Shown: positions 1-11,667 of the stretch, in pieces
Numbering within the stretch: the stretch's first letter is position 1
Layout: each line of letters starts with the position of its first letter
Notes under the pieces: model-generated
What the model was told of the DNA's origin: nothing
The model's database searches: none
The model's input: the letters and a program-made list of their open reading frames with translations, nothing else
Position numbers and translations under genes: made by a program
From: Mobula hypostoma
Lineage: Eukaryota
NCBI RefSeq assembly: GCF_963921235.1
Contig: NC_086108.1
Span: forward strand, 102,612,001-102,676,000
DNA: 64,000 bases
Direction: 5' to 3'

Positions 1-1639
1 CTTTGTCTTTCACAAAACCACATTGTTCTTTGCCTATTTCAGCTTGTATCTTACTTTTACCTCTTGCCATCAAAATTCTTAGATGTATCTTGGTGATATG
101 ACTCATTAAACTTATGGTCCTATGTAATTCACATTCTATTGCTCCAGCTTTCATAGGAAGAGTGATAAATACCGATTTTTTCATCTCTCCTGGTATTATT
201 CCAGTCTCATAAATTTCATTGATTAAATCAGTAAGTTTTTCAATTCCATAATCTTCAAGGGTGATAATTTGTTCTATTACTAATTCATCAGGGCCTGCTG
301 CCTTTCCTTTCTTCATCTTATTTATTGCATTACGAACTTCAGATTTTAAAATACTTGGACCTTCAATGTTTTTCTTAATTTCTGGTTTGTCACCTTGATC
401 GTCTTCAAACAATTCCTGACTATACTCAGTCCATCTGTTTATAATCTCATCTTTTTCCATAATAATGGTACCATCCTTTGCTTTCAAACATCCACCTGAA
501 GAACAGAGGAGCTTTTTACCAATGATATTCTTGATTTGTTGATGTAACCTTTTTGGATCAGTAATAAGGATTCTTTATATTTGCTCACATTCCCGGTTTA
601 ACCGTTCTTCTTTGACTTTTTGACAAAAGCTTTTAACTTTTTTATCTAAGGACTTATATTCTATAGGATTTGCTTTCTTCTGTCTGCTTTCTTCCATTAG
701 ATTCTTGATTTCATCTGTCATCCATTTATTCTTCTTTTTTAGGAATCACTGACTTTGCTGATTCTACCAAGGCATCCTTTAGAGAGTTAAATTTCATTTC
801 TTTGTGATTGCTATCAACTTCAACAAATTCTATTTCTAGACTTTGAAATCTATTCCTTACTTCAATTGTAAGTTTTTCTCTTAAGTTTTCTTCTTTAATT
901 AATTTCAAGTAGTCAAGAGATTGTTCAGGTTTTTGCTTCTTTAGTTTTTTAAGTTTTACTTTTACATGACATACTACTGGGTTATGGTCACTATTACAGT
1001 CTGCACCTGGATATGTTTTGCATTGAGTCACTGAGTTTCTAAATCTTTGGTTTATAGTAATAAAGTCAATTTGATTTCTAGTGTTATCACCTGGACTTTT
1101 CCAGGTCCACAAGCGTCTTGGATGGTTTTTAAAGTAGGCACCGTATTCGTATTGACCTGATTATTCATCTTGCACTATTCTACCCATTTCTCACCTCTTT
1201 CATTTCTTTCCCATAGTCCAAATTTTCCTATGGTATTTCCATCAGCACCTTGTTGTACTTTAGCATTCAGATTTCCCGTGACAGTAACAATGTCTTGAGA
1301 TTTGCATCCATTCTTTGCTTGTTCAAGCTCTTCATAGAATTTATCTATATCTTTATTTGTTCCATCTGTTGTTGGTGCATATAGCTGTATAATTGCTAAA
1401 TCAAATTGTTGTCCTCTGAATCTAACAAGGAGCACTCTTTCCGATATTGCCCAATATCCTAAAACACTTTTTTGCCATGTTTTCATCCATTAGAATTCCT
1501 ACTCTATTAGTATGGGATGTTCCACGAGAATAAACTAGTGTTTTATTTCTAATCTGACATGTTTAAGCACCTATCCAACGAACTTCATGAATTCCCGTGA
1601 TGCTAATCTTTAGTCTTTCCATTTCATTTATCACATTGA
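1..1639 (-). mobile_element. RTE-clade LINE fragment (APE endonuclease plus start of RT region), frameshifted and with stops; runs off the window start
   Basis: Minus-strand translations: NVINEMERLKISITGIHEVRWIG, IIQLYAPT, TWKSPGDNTRNQIDFITINQRFRNSV..YPGADCNSDH (ORFs 726-1112, 1175-1486), typical of RTE endonuclease. Confidence 0.88.
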
Positions 1640-2150
1640 TTAGGGAATAAAAATAACTGTGACGTTACATGTGATCTTTCTTGAATGGTATGGAACAGTT
1701 CCTGTAATTGCAGTCAAACCCAATATCAGTACTGCAGTTATTAATATTCATCAAAAGATTTGCATTTATGTCTTAATACACTGTTCAACTATTTACCTTG
1801 GCTGCAGTGACTGCCGAGATTAGTAGGAAAATAGAACAGCCATTTTGTACACAGATCTTCTGTAAAAGAAGAGATCTGTTTTGAATGGTTCTTTGTCTAC
1901 AGAAAAGGCAACACTATAGTAATTTTAATGCCCATCTTTAACAATAGTATTTGCTGTAGTACCCCACCAATAAGCTAAAAACCTAGACTATTCCAGTAGG
2001 TGCATAGTTCTCATAAGCTTTTATTTTATGGAAATCTGTGTATAAAAAGTTGTGATCCATGTTGAAGTAAACACAAGGTTGTCAAATTGCCATAAAATCT
2101 AATTGTGTAAGTATAGGATGGAAATGATATGTGGTTCAGTGGGTCTAATT

Positions 2151-2386
2151 TCAGAATCAGAATCACAATCAGGTTTTATATTAATGGCACATGTCGTGAA
2201 ATTTGTAGACTTTGAGGCAGCAGTACAATGCAATAAACATAATAATAAAGAAAAAATACTGTGAATCATGGTAAGTATATACAATATATATATTAAATAT
2301 GTAGTGCCAAAATAGAAATAAAAAATCAGTGAGGTAGTTTTCATGGGTTCAATGTCCTTTCAGAAATTGGATGGCAGAGGGGAAGA
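2151..2386 (-). mobile_element. Rex1/Babar-like LINE 3' end fragment
   Basis: (ATTCTG)n-type tail (tcagaatcagaatc on +) and 3'UTR similar to the 2517-2894 copy. Confidence 0.65.
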
Positions 2387-3310
2387 GCTCTCCTCTTTTG
2401 AATTTTCATCCTATGGCTGAACTCTAACATCTGACTGGCCATTTTCAGACAGGAGGCATAGTCTATAAATTCTAGCCTTTCTTGGCACATGTGGCACCCT
2501 ATAATGAGCTGGAATAATCAGAATCTGAATCAGGTTTGTTATCACTGGCACGTGTTGTGAAATTTGTTAACTTAGCACCAGCAGCTCAATGCAATACAAA
2601 ATACAGAAGAGAAAAAAAAAATAATAATAAATAAAATTAAAATAATAAATAAATAAATAAATAAATTACTGTATATGTATATTGAATAGACTAAAAAATG
2701 TGCAAAAAATAGAAATACTGTATATTTAAAGAAGTGAGGTAGTGTCCAAGGGGTTCAATGTCCATTCAGGAATCGGATAGCAGAGGGGAAGAAGCTGTTC
2801 CTGAATCACTGAGTGTGGCCTCCAGGCGTCTGTACCTCCTACCTGATGGTAACAGTGAGAAAAGGGCATGCCCTGGATGCTGGAGGTCCTTAATTGTCAT
2901 GGTCCGGATCAGGGTCCCTTTAAGTTTACCTTGTTTATGTTACGATCCGGACCATTGATTCCCTGTTTTCCCGTGTCCCTCAGCTTTGGTGATTAGAGGC
3001 AATTAACGCTCAGCTGAACCGGTAGTTTATAGTCTCCGGCTTTCAGCCGTTCGGCACGGGAGCGTCTGCAAAGTCATCAAAGGCATGGTGTGCTGATGTC
3101 ATCTGGCTGGAGCAAGCCTAGTCTCTGCCGAACCGTGTGCCGGTAATTCACCTTTCCTCACCGGAGCAACCCTGTCCAGTTACCTTGCCAAAGCGAACCT
3201 GCAAAGTTCCCTCACCAAGGTGAGTCCGTCAGTTAACCCGCCAGAGGGAATCAAGAACCGCTGTCTACTGTTCCCGGGTCGAGTCGAGAGCTCGGCACTA
3301 CCCGGAGGCT

Positions 3311-3686
3311 CCAAGTCAAGTCCTGGCTCCGGCGGCATTCAAGTTCTAAGTCAAGTCCTGGCCCTGGCGGCATTCTAGTACCAAGTCAAGTCCTGGCTCC
3401 GGCGGCATTCAAGCTCCAAGTCAAGTCCTGGCTCCGGTGGCATTCAAGCAACAAGTCAAGTCCTGGCCCTGCCGGCATTCAAGCACCAAGTCAAGTCCTG
3501 GCCCTGCCGGCATTCAAGCACCAAGTCAAGTCCTGGTCCTGGCGGCATTCAAGCAACAAGTCACGTCCTGGCCCTGGCGGCATTCAAGCACCAAGTCAAG
3601 TCCTGTCCCTGCCAGCATTCAAGTACCAAGTCAAGACCCGACCCTGGCGGCTTCCCAGTTCTGAGTCAAGTCCTGGCCCTGGCGGT
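3311..3686 (+). repeat. 35-bp tandem repeat, about 11 copies, inside solo LTR 1
   Basis: Unit approx. CCAAGTCAAGTCCTGGCYCYGGCGGCATTCAAGCA; register seen at 3311, 3381, 3451, 3521, 3591. Confidence 0.9.
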
Positions 3687-3822
3687 CTGTGATTCCTGCC
3701 CTACCCCCTTGTCTGAATCCCTTCTCTGCCCCTCTCGCCCTCATCTGCAGCCCCCACCTGCACTTCAGTCTAGTTCCGTCGCCAGAGCTAGATAGGTACT
3801 GTCTGGTGTTCATTCATGTTGG

Positions 3823-4261
3823 TTTTGTCTTGTCTTGTCCTCGCCTCCGTGGGGTAAGTCAGGCCGTCTTGCCATTGCTCTGCGGGGGGGGGGGGTCATG
3901 TCTTGTCTTGTCTGGTCCTCGCCTCCGTGGGGGTAAGTCTGGCCGTCTTGCTGTTGCCCCGCGGGGAGTCATGTCTTGTTTTGTTTTGTCCTTGCCTCCG
4001 TGGGGTAAGTCAGGCCATCTTGCCGTTGCCCCACGGGGGGTCATGTTCTGTCTTGTCTTGTCCTCGCCTCCATGGGGTAAGTCAGGCCATCTTGCTGTTG
4101 CCCTGCGGGGAGTCATGTCTTGTTTTGTCTTGTCCTTGCCTCCGTGGGGTAAGTCAGGCCATCTTGCCGTTGCCCCACGGGGGGTCATGTTCTGTCTTGT
4201 CTTGTCCTCGCCTCCGTGGGGTAAGTCAGGCCGTCTTGCTGTTGCCCTGCGGAGGGTCATG
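3823..4261 (+). repeat. 72-bp tandem repeat, 6 copies, each a hairpin containing GG|GTAAGT
   Basis: 24-aa periodicity in ORF 3689-4486; unit core CCTCCGTGGGGTAA-GTCAGGCCRTCTTGCYG-TTGCCCYRCGG. Confidence 0.92.
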
Positions 4262-5470
4262 GGTCCCGGACCTATGTCCTGTACCCAAAGAGGGGTCCCA
4301 GCTCTCTGTTCTGTGTGTGTGTCCATGGTTCCATGTACCTGCTCTCCCGAGACAGAGGCTTGTATTCCCATGTTCCTCCTCTCCCTAGCCCATGTCATGT
4401 CCTTGCCTGGTTCTGGGGTCCGAGCCCAAGGCAAGACCCAGGTACTGGGTCCTTGCCCAGTCTCTGGCTTGGAGTCCATACCCTAGCCTCTTCATGTCTC
4501 CTCTAGTTCTGGGAGCCGATTCCGAGTCCAAGCCCAGACCCTTGGTCCCAGCCTAGTCATAGTCCTGAGTCCTTGTCCAGTTGGCTATTCCTGCTCCTGC
4601 CTTGCTCTCCTGGTATCAAACAATAAACTAAATCTAAGTAACCTCACAAGTTGTGTCTTGCATTTGGGTCCACCCTTGCTCCCAATGCCCCCGCCATTGT
4701 GACATTAATAATGGATGCTACCTTTCTGAGACACCGCTCCCTGAAGATGTCCTGGATACTTTGTAGGCTAGTGCCCAAGATGGAGCTGACTGATTTACAA
4801 CCCTCTGCAGCTTCTTTCAGTCCTGTGCAGTAGCCCCTCCAGACCAGACAGAGATGCAGCCTGTCAGAATGCTCTCCATCGTATATCTATAGAAGTTTCT
4901 GAGTGTACTTGTTGACTTGCCAAATCTCTTCAAATTCCTAATGAAGTATAGCCGCTGTCTTGCCTTCTTTATAACTACATCAATATGTTGGGAACAGGTT
5001 AGATCCTCAGAGATCTTGACACCCAGGAACTTGAAACTGCTCACTCCACTCCTCATCCCTCTATGAGGATTGGTATGTGTTCCTTCGTCTTACCCTTCCT
5101 GAAGTCCACAATCAGCTCTTTCATCTTACTGATGTTGAGGACCAGGTCGTTGCTGTGGCACCACTCCACTAGTTGGCATATCTCATTCCCATACGCCCTC
5201 TCGTCACCACCTGTGATTCTACCAACAATGGCTGTATCATCAGCAAATTTATAGATGGTATTTGAGCTATGCCTAGCCACACAGTCATGTGTATACAGAG
5301 AGTAGAGCAGTGGGCTAAGCACACACCCCTGAGGTGCACCAGTGTTGATCGTCAGCGAGGAGGATATGTTATCACCAATCTGCACAGATTGTGGTCTTCC
5401 GGTTAGGAAGTTGAGGATCCAGTTGCAGAGGGAGGTACAGAGGCCCAGGTTCTGCAACTTCTCAATCAGG

Positions 5471-6090
5471 ATCATTGGAGGATCAGAGGTCGAGAGGGTC
5501 AGTAACTTTACATTCCAGGGTGTCACTATCTCAGAGGACCTGTCCTGGACCCATCATATAAATATAATTGCAAAGAAAGCTTGATGGCGCCTCTACCTCC
5601 TCAGGAGTCTGTAGAGATTTGGCTGTCATCAGAAAGCTTGGCAAATCTCTATAGATGTGTGGTGGAAAGTGCATTGCCTGAACACCAATGCCTTTGAGTG
5701 GAAAATTGTACAAAAGACAGTGGATTTAGCCCAGTACATCTCGGGTTAAAACCCTCCCAACCATTGGGCACATCTACATGAAACATTGCCATAGAAAAGC
5801 AACATCCACCATCAAAAGTCCTCACCACCCAGGGGATAACTACACTCATTCTACTTCTGGTGTTCCCACAACCAATAGTCTCACTTTAAGGATTCTTTAT
5901 CTTATTATTTCATGCTCATTATTTATTGCTATTTATTTATATTTGCATTCGCACAGTTCGTTGTCCATTAATCCTGTTTACAGTTACTGTTCTATAGATT
6001 TGCTAAGTATGCCCGCAGGAAAAGAATTTCAGGGTTGTGTGTGGTGACATGTATATACTCTGATAATAAATTTTACTTGAACTTTGAACC
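5471..6090 (+). mobile_element. Rex1/Babar LINE 3' fragment, head-to-head with the previous element
   Basis: [31 protein letters not shown]; 3' end aataaattttacttgaactttgaac. Confidence 0.8.
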
Positions 6091-6120
6091 TTTCATAAGA
6101 AACTAAGTAGCTGATTAATT

Positions 6121-6230
6121 GTCTCGGCCCAAAATGTCGACTTTTCCTCCCCTCTATAGATGCTGCTTGACTTGCTGAATTCCTCCAGCACTTTGTGTTG
6201 CTGAAGATTTCCTGCTTCTGCAGAATCTCT
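6121..6230 (+). mobile_element. Penelope-like terminal repeat fragment
   Basis: gtctcggcccaaaatgtcgac..atagatgctgc..gaattcctccagcactttgtg, the same motif as the 3' end of the PLE at 40145-42194. Confidence 0.7.
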
Positions 6231-6810
6231 TTTCCTTAGAATAAACTTCATTGTCTTTTATTTTCACTATTTCGCCCGACTGCATGAGGGGAAAATCCAT
6301 CCAGAAAGCTGATAGATTCCAACTCCTTAGCTGTTAGCATGGCCCTGCTGTTAGAGAGTCGGGAGAGTTCTTCATGATTAATTGGTTCACTGTTCTAATC
6401 AACGAATGTTGAATAATCTATTAATTGTATTGGCCCTGAGCCAAATCACTGGAACATGGTTCAGTACTGCACACACATTTGAACATTGGCACAGTGCTGA
6501 AGATGGTTAAAATGCAGATATTCCCAAGAGCAAACTGTTTTTACATTGCCTTTCAAACAGAACTGAGCCACAATGCACCTGACTTCAAATTACCATTTTG
6601 TTTTCATACCCCTTGCTACACTTATCCAATACCACCCATCTGTCTTCAAAATACTGACATGGGAGCTGTTTAGTTATTCCCATCATCAGAGCTGACAAGA
6701 GTAAGCCACAGTCAAGGCTTTTAATAGAGACAGTTTGCCTCCTCTCTTTGCATCATTTTATTGCCCCAGGCAAGTGACAGTCAAAGCAATATCTAATGGC
6801 ATCTGTCAGA

Positions 6811-7046
6811 CTATGACAGATACTCTGAGACCTCATCCTTAATAATCGACTCCAACATCTTCCCAACCACTGAGGTCAGACTAACTGGCCAATTGGTCCC
6901 TTTCTTCTGCCTCCCTCCCTTCTTAAAGAGTGAAGTGACATGTGCAATTTTATAGTCTTCCAGAACCATTCCAGAATCCAGTAATTCTTGAAAGATCATT
7001 ACTAATGCCTCCACGACCTCTTCAGCCACCTCTTTCAGAACTCTGG
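6811..7046 (-). mobile_element. CR1 LINE RT N-terminal fragment
   Basis: EDYKIAHVTSLFKKGGRQKKGTNWPVSLTSVVGKMLESIIKD. Confidence 0.85.
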
Positions 7047-7049
7047 GTA

Positions 7050-7475
7050 TACACTGTTGTAACTTGTGGTTATTTGGGTTATTGTCACCTTTCTCTCAGC
7101 TTGACCCCGTCTGGCTATTCTCCTCTGACCTCTCTCATTAATAAGGTGTTTTCACCTACAGAACTACAACTCAGAGGATGTATTTTGTTTTTCACACCAC
7201 TCTCTGTAAACACTAGAGACTGTTGTACGTGAAAATCCCAGGAGATCAGCAGTTTTTGAGACAGCCAAGCTATCCCATATGGCACCAACAATTACTCCAA
7301 GGTCAAAGTCACTTAGATCACATTGCTTCCCCAGTCTGATATTTGGTACAAACAACAACTGAACCTCTTGACCATGTCGGCATGCTTTTATGCATTGAAT
7401 TGCTGTCACATGATTGGCTGATTAGATATTTGCATTAACGAGCAGATGTACCTAATAAAGTGATCAATTTAGTGT
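7050..7475 (-). mobile_element. Tc1/mariner non-autonomous derivative (partial)
   Basis: CDLSDFDLGVIVGA..SKTADLLGFSRTTVSSVYREW = Tc1 transposase N-terminal HTH; TIR remnant tacctaataaagtg. Confidence 0.85.
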
Positions 7476-10400
7476 AGAACAGTACAGCACAGAAACAGGC
7501 TCTTCAGCTGACGATGTTCTGCCAAACTAATTAAGCTAATTGCTCCTAATTCCTTCTGCCTGCAATGGTCCATATCCCTCGCATCTCTGCATATTCATTT
7601 GGCTATCTAAGAGCCTCTTAAATGTTTCTATCATATCTCTCTCCAGTGCCGTGCCTGCCAGTGTATTCCAGACATCCACTACTCTTTGAGTAAAAAACTG
7701 CCCCACTTATCTCACCTTAAAACGTTCTCACTCTCACCTTAAATGCATGGTCTTCTAGCATTTCGATCCTGGGTAAAAGATACTGGTTATCTACTTTGTC
7801 AATGCATCTCATCTTGATAAACCTCTTCTGCACCCTCTCCATATCTTTCACGTTTCCTATAATTGGGCAAGCAAAATTGAATGCAATACTCCTGAAGCAG
7901 CCTAACCAGAGTTTTATACAGCTGCATCATAACTTCCTGGCTCTTGAACTGAGTGCTACTACAATTTAACACACACATACCATACATCTTCTTTACCACC
8001 CTATTGACTTCTGCAGCCACTCTCAAGAAGCAGTTAACATTTAAATTTCTCCTCTCCCACCTTAACTTGTTCCCGCAACATAGTGTTTGCGTTTTTAAAC
8101 TTGTTCCCTCTCGTTCTACACTGCTCTGAGCAAAAGAATTCTATCAGGTCTATTTATGCCAATTTCTGATGTTGGCAGATTCTTTCTTTGATAATGGCTA
8201 GAATATATACTTTGCAGTTAGGTAATGTTGGCCAGGGCAGTGTAATCTATTTGGAAAATCTCCATGGAACCTTTTGCATCGATCTGAAATGGAAGATGGA
8301 ACTTTGCTTTAACATACACAGAACAATACAGCACAGGAACCCTTCGGACCACAATGTTGTGCTGAACTAATTAAATGCCTAACTAAAGTAATCATTTCTA
8401 TTATACCCTTGTTGATAGCCTTCCATTTCCTGCATATTCATGTGCCTATCTAAGAGACTCTTAAATGCCTCTATCTTACTGGCCTCCACCACCCCTGGCA
8501 GCTCATTCCAGGCACCCACCACTTTCTGTGTAAAATCTTTGCCCTGTACATTTCCTCTGAACTTACCCCCTCTCACCTTAAATGTATGCCTTCCAATATT
8601 AGTTATTTCAACTCTGAAATAGATACTGACCTTCATAATCTTATAATCTTCTATCCGATCTCCCATGGACTTCTGCCACTGCAGAAAAAACAATACAAGT
8701 CTGTCCAAATTCTCCTCATAACTCCAATACAAGCAGCATCCTGGTAAACCCATCTGCATCTTCTCCATAACCTCCAAATCCTTCCTATAATGGGGTGATC
8801 AGGATTGAAATCTGTACTCCAGATGTGGTCTAATTAAAGTTTTGCAAAGCTGCCTTATAACTTCTTGATTCTTGCACTAGATGCATCAATTAGCTAAGGC
8901 AACATGCCATATGGCTTCTTTACCACCCTATCAACTTGTGCAGCCACTTTCAAAGAGCTATGGACCTGGAGCCCAAAATCCCTCTCCTCATCAACACTGT
9001 TAAAGGTCTTGTCATTAACAGTGTAATTTCCCCTTATATTCGATGCCCCAAAGTGCAATACCTTGTACGTGGGCAGATTACATTACATCTGCCATTTCTC
9101 TGCCCATATCTGCAACCAATTCTACTGTATTCTTTGGCAGGTTTCTACACTCTTTGCATCTGTGAACTTCCTAACCCACCTATCCACATTTTAATTCAGG
9201 TCATTTCTATATATTACAACAGCAGTGGCCCTAGTGTGGATCCCTACAGAACACTAATAGGTGGGAAACTCCAGCCAAGATAAATCCTATCGACCACTCC
9301 CTTCTGTCCTCTGTTGGCAAGCTATTTCTGAATTCAAACAGCCAACTCATGCATCTTAATCTTCTTCCGTTAGTCTTGCGAGACCAGGGATCTGCGCCTG
9401 GAAAGTCTTCACTCTCCGGGGTGCAGGCCTGGGCAAGGTTGTATGGAAGACCAGCAGTTGCCCATGCTGCAAGTCTCCCCTCTCCATGACACTGATGTTG
9501 TCCAGGAGAAGGGCATTAGGACCCATACAGCTTGGCACCAGTGTCGTCGCAGAGCAATGTGTGGTTAAGTGCCAACACGCTGCCTCGGCTGGGGCTCGAA
9601 CTCACGACCTTCAGATCGGTAGTCAAATGCCTTAACCATTTGGCCACATGCCCACACTTAATCTTCTAGATGAGCATATTATGAGGGGCTTTGTCAAACA
9701 CTTCGCTAAAATCCATGTAGACAACATCCACAGCTCTACCTTCATCAAACACCTTCATGATTGCCTACAACATCTTGCCTATAGTGATTCATTCCTTCAG
9801 CATGAACATTTTTTCTTCAAAACCATAAGTCCATAAGAGATATATGCAAGATGATGCCATTTGGCCCATCGAGTTCACTTTGCCTTTCAATCATCGCTGT
9901 TTTTATTTTCAAACCTATTCTCCCATCTTTTCCCCATAATCCTTAACCCCATTTATCATTCAATTCAATTTTTCTGCCTTAAATACATGTAATGACTTAG
10001 CCTCCACAACCCTCTGTGGCCTATGAATACTACAGATTTACAACCTTTCCGTTGAAAAAGTTCTTCCTCATTTCAGTTTTAAATAGACATCCCTCTGTAC
10101 TGAGGATATGCTCTAAGAACCTTTGTTCTCCTACTCTTGCAAATATCCTGTCCACGTACATTCTAACCAGGCATTTCAGCATTCAAATTTCTGGATTCCA
10201 ACAAGTACAGGTCCAGAGTGTTCAAATGCTTCTCATACATATGCTTTTCATTCCTGGATAATTCCTGTGAAACTCTGCTGGACCTTCTTTTGGGCCAGTG
10301 CATCTTTCCTTAGTTACTGGGCAAAAATTGCTTACAATATTCCAAGTGTGGTCTGACCAATACCTTGCGAAGCCTTAAGCAGTACATCCTCGCTGTTATG

Positions 10401-10490
10401 TACCAATCCTCTCAAAATGAAAGCTAACATTGCATTTTCCTTACTTACTATCAACTCAACCTGCAAGTCACTTGGAAAAGATTCAAACCT
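7476..10490 (-). mobile_element. Cluster of degenerate CR1 3' fragments (about 7476-8030, 8312-9760, 9825-10490), with a SINE inserted at 9366-9656
   Basis: LYKTLVRLLQEYCIQF, FTQKVVGAWNELPG..IEAFKSLLDRHM, NAMLAFI motifs; CR1-type 3'UTRs. Confidence 0.8.
9366..9656 (-). mobile_element. tRNA-derived SINE (family A)
   Basis: A box (TGGCCAAATGG) and B box (GTTCGAGCC) on minus; 11-bp TSD CTTAATCTTCT (9355-9365, 9657-9667); homologous to the 11668 and 13575 copies. Confidence 0.88.
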
Positions 10491-10498
10491 ACATATGA

Positions 10499-10702
10499 GC
10501 AACACACACAAAATGCTAAAGGAACTCAGCAGGTCAGGCAGCATCTATGGAAAAGAGTACAGTTGACGAAACGTACTCTTTGCAGATGCAGGCCCGCAAT
10601 GTCGACTGTACTCTTTTCCATAGATGCTGCCTGACCTGCTGAGTTCCTCCAGCATTTCGTGTGTGCTGCTCAGATTTCCAGCATCTGCAGACTTCCTCTT
10701 GT
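10499..10702. mobile_element. Palindromic pair of Penelope terminal-repeat fragments
   Basis: About 70-bp inverted arms (acacacaaaatgct..gtacagttgac / gtcgactgtac..agcatttcgtgtgt). Confidence 0.8.
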
Positions 10703-10934
10703 TTGGAACCTAGATATGATGCAGTTTTGGGAACTTTGTGATAAAACCTTGCAGTGCATTGAATCACCTGATAAAAGCCTGCCTTTCCCTGGCACCAGCT
10801 ACTCAATAGTCACTCCGAGCTCAGGTCAGCATTCCAACCCCAGTAGGCTACAACGAGTAAGCTTACATTGGGCTAAAGCCAAGAGTGTTGAGTTGCCAAT
10901 CATAGGCTTCTGCATTTGGAAGTAACAAATATTA

Positions 10935-11525
10935 AGTTGAAATACATTTAAGAAACTCTTAGAGAGGTATGTGGATAATAGAAAAGTTGAGATTTTGTAA
11001 GAGGAAAGAATTCGATTGATTTTAGAGAAGGTTAAAAGATCAGCAGAACATCATGGGCCAAAAGGCCTGTACTGTGCTGTTACGGTCTATGTTCTATGTA
11101 AATTGGATAGATTGAGCAATCTAGAGTTTTTCTCTTTGGAGCGAAGGGGGATGAGAGGTGACTTGATAGACGTGTATAAGATGATAAGAGGCATAGATTG
11201 AGTTCTCAGTCAGAGAGTTTTTGCCAGGGCAGAAATGGCTGTTACAAGGGGGCATAACTTCAAGTTGTTTTGAGGATAGTTTATTGGAGGGGGAGGGGGG
11301 TGTCAGAAGCAGGTTTTTTTTACACAGAGAGTGGTGAGTGCATGGAACGCACTGTCAGGGGTGGTGGTAGGGACAGATACATTAGAGACATTTAAGAGAA
11401 TCTCAGATAAGCTCTTGAATGAAAGAAAACTGGTGGGTTATTAGGGAGGTAAGGATTAAGTTGATCTTCGAGTAGGTAAAAAAAATCAGCATAACGCCAT
11501 GGGCCAAAGGACATGCACTGTGCTA
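10935..11525 (+). mobile_element. CR1 3' fragments
   Basis: FFSLERRGMRGDLIDVYKMIRGID and CR1 3'UTR. Confidence 0.8.
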
Positions 11526-11667
11526 GACATTCAGATTATCTGGAAACTAGCCCTGCCACATCAGGTCAAAAAGTTTTCTTGGATGGACCTGTCTGTAGAA
11601 CACTGATGAAAGGAAGGGAGAGTTCCCTCAGGATGCTGGGTTGTAGATTTTTATTATATTTTTAGAG

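Larger units (their letters stand above)
2895..4704 (+). mobile_element. Solo LTR (probably Gypsy/Ty3-type) containing two internal tandem arrays
   Basis: TGTCA...TGACA termini; exact 5-bp TSD TTAAT (2890-2894, 4705-4709); TATA-like TTTATA near 3027; AATAAA at 4622; shares blocks with 32049-33402. Confidence 0.88.
2517..5470 (-). mobile_element. Rex1/Babar LINE (RT C-terminal half plus 3'UTR), interrupted by the solo LTR at 2895-4704
   Basis: ORF 5053-5526 has [30 protein letters not shown] 4817-5056 has FKFLGVKISEDL..KKARQRLYF; host sequence rejoins across the LTR (ggtcc-ttaat-aatggatgc). Confidence 0.88.

Noticed and set aside
3311..3686. 35-bp repeats resembling a CRISPR array
   Set aside because: Head-to-tail units with no unique spacers, no cas genes, eukaryotic LTR context.
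3823..4261. Hairpin unit as a known ribozyme (twister, HDV-like, hammerhead) or as SECIS/IRE
   Set aside because: The required conserved cores and pseudoknot pairings are absent by eye.
3689..4486. 265-aa, 206-aa and 161-aa repetitive ORFs
   Set aside because: By-products of a GC-rich 72-bp repeat that is open on both strands; no protein domain recognisable.
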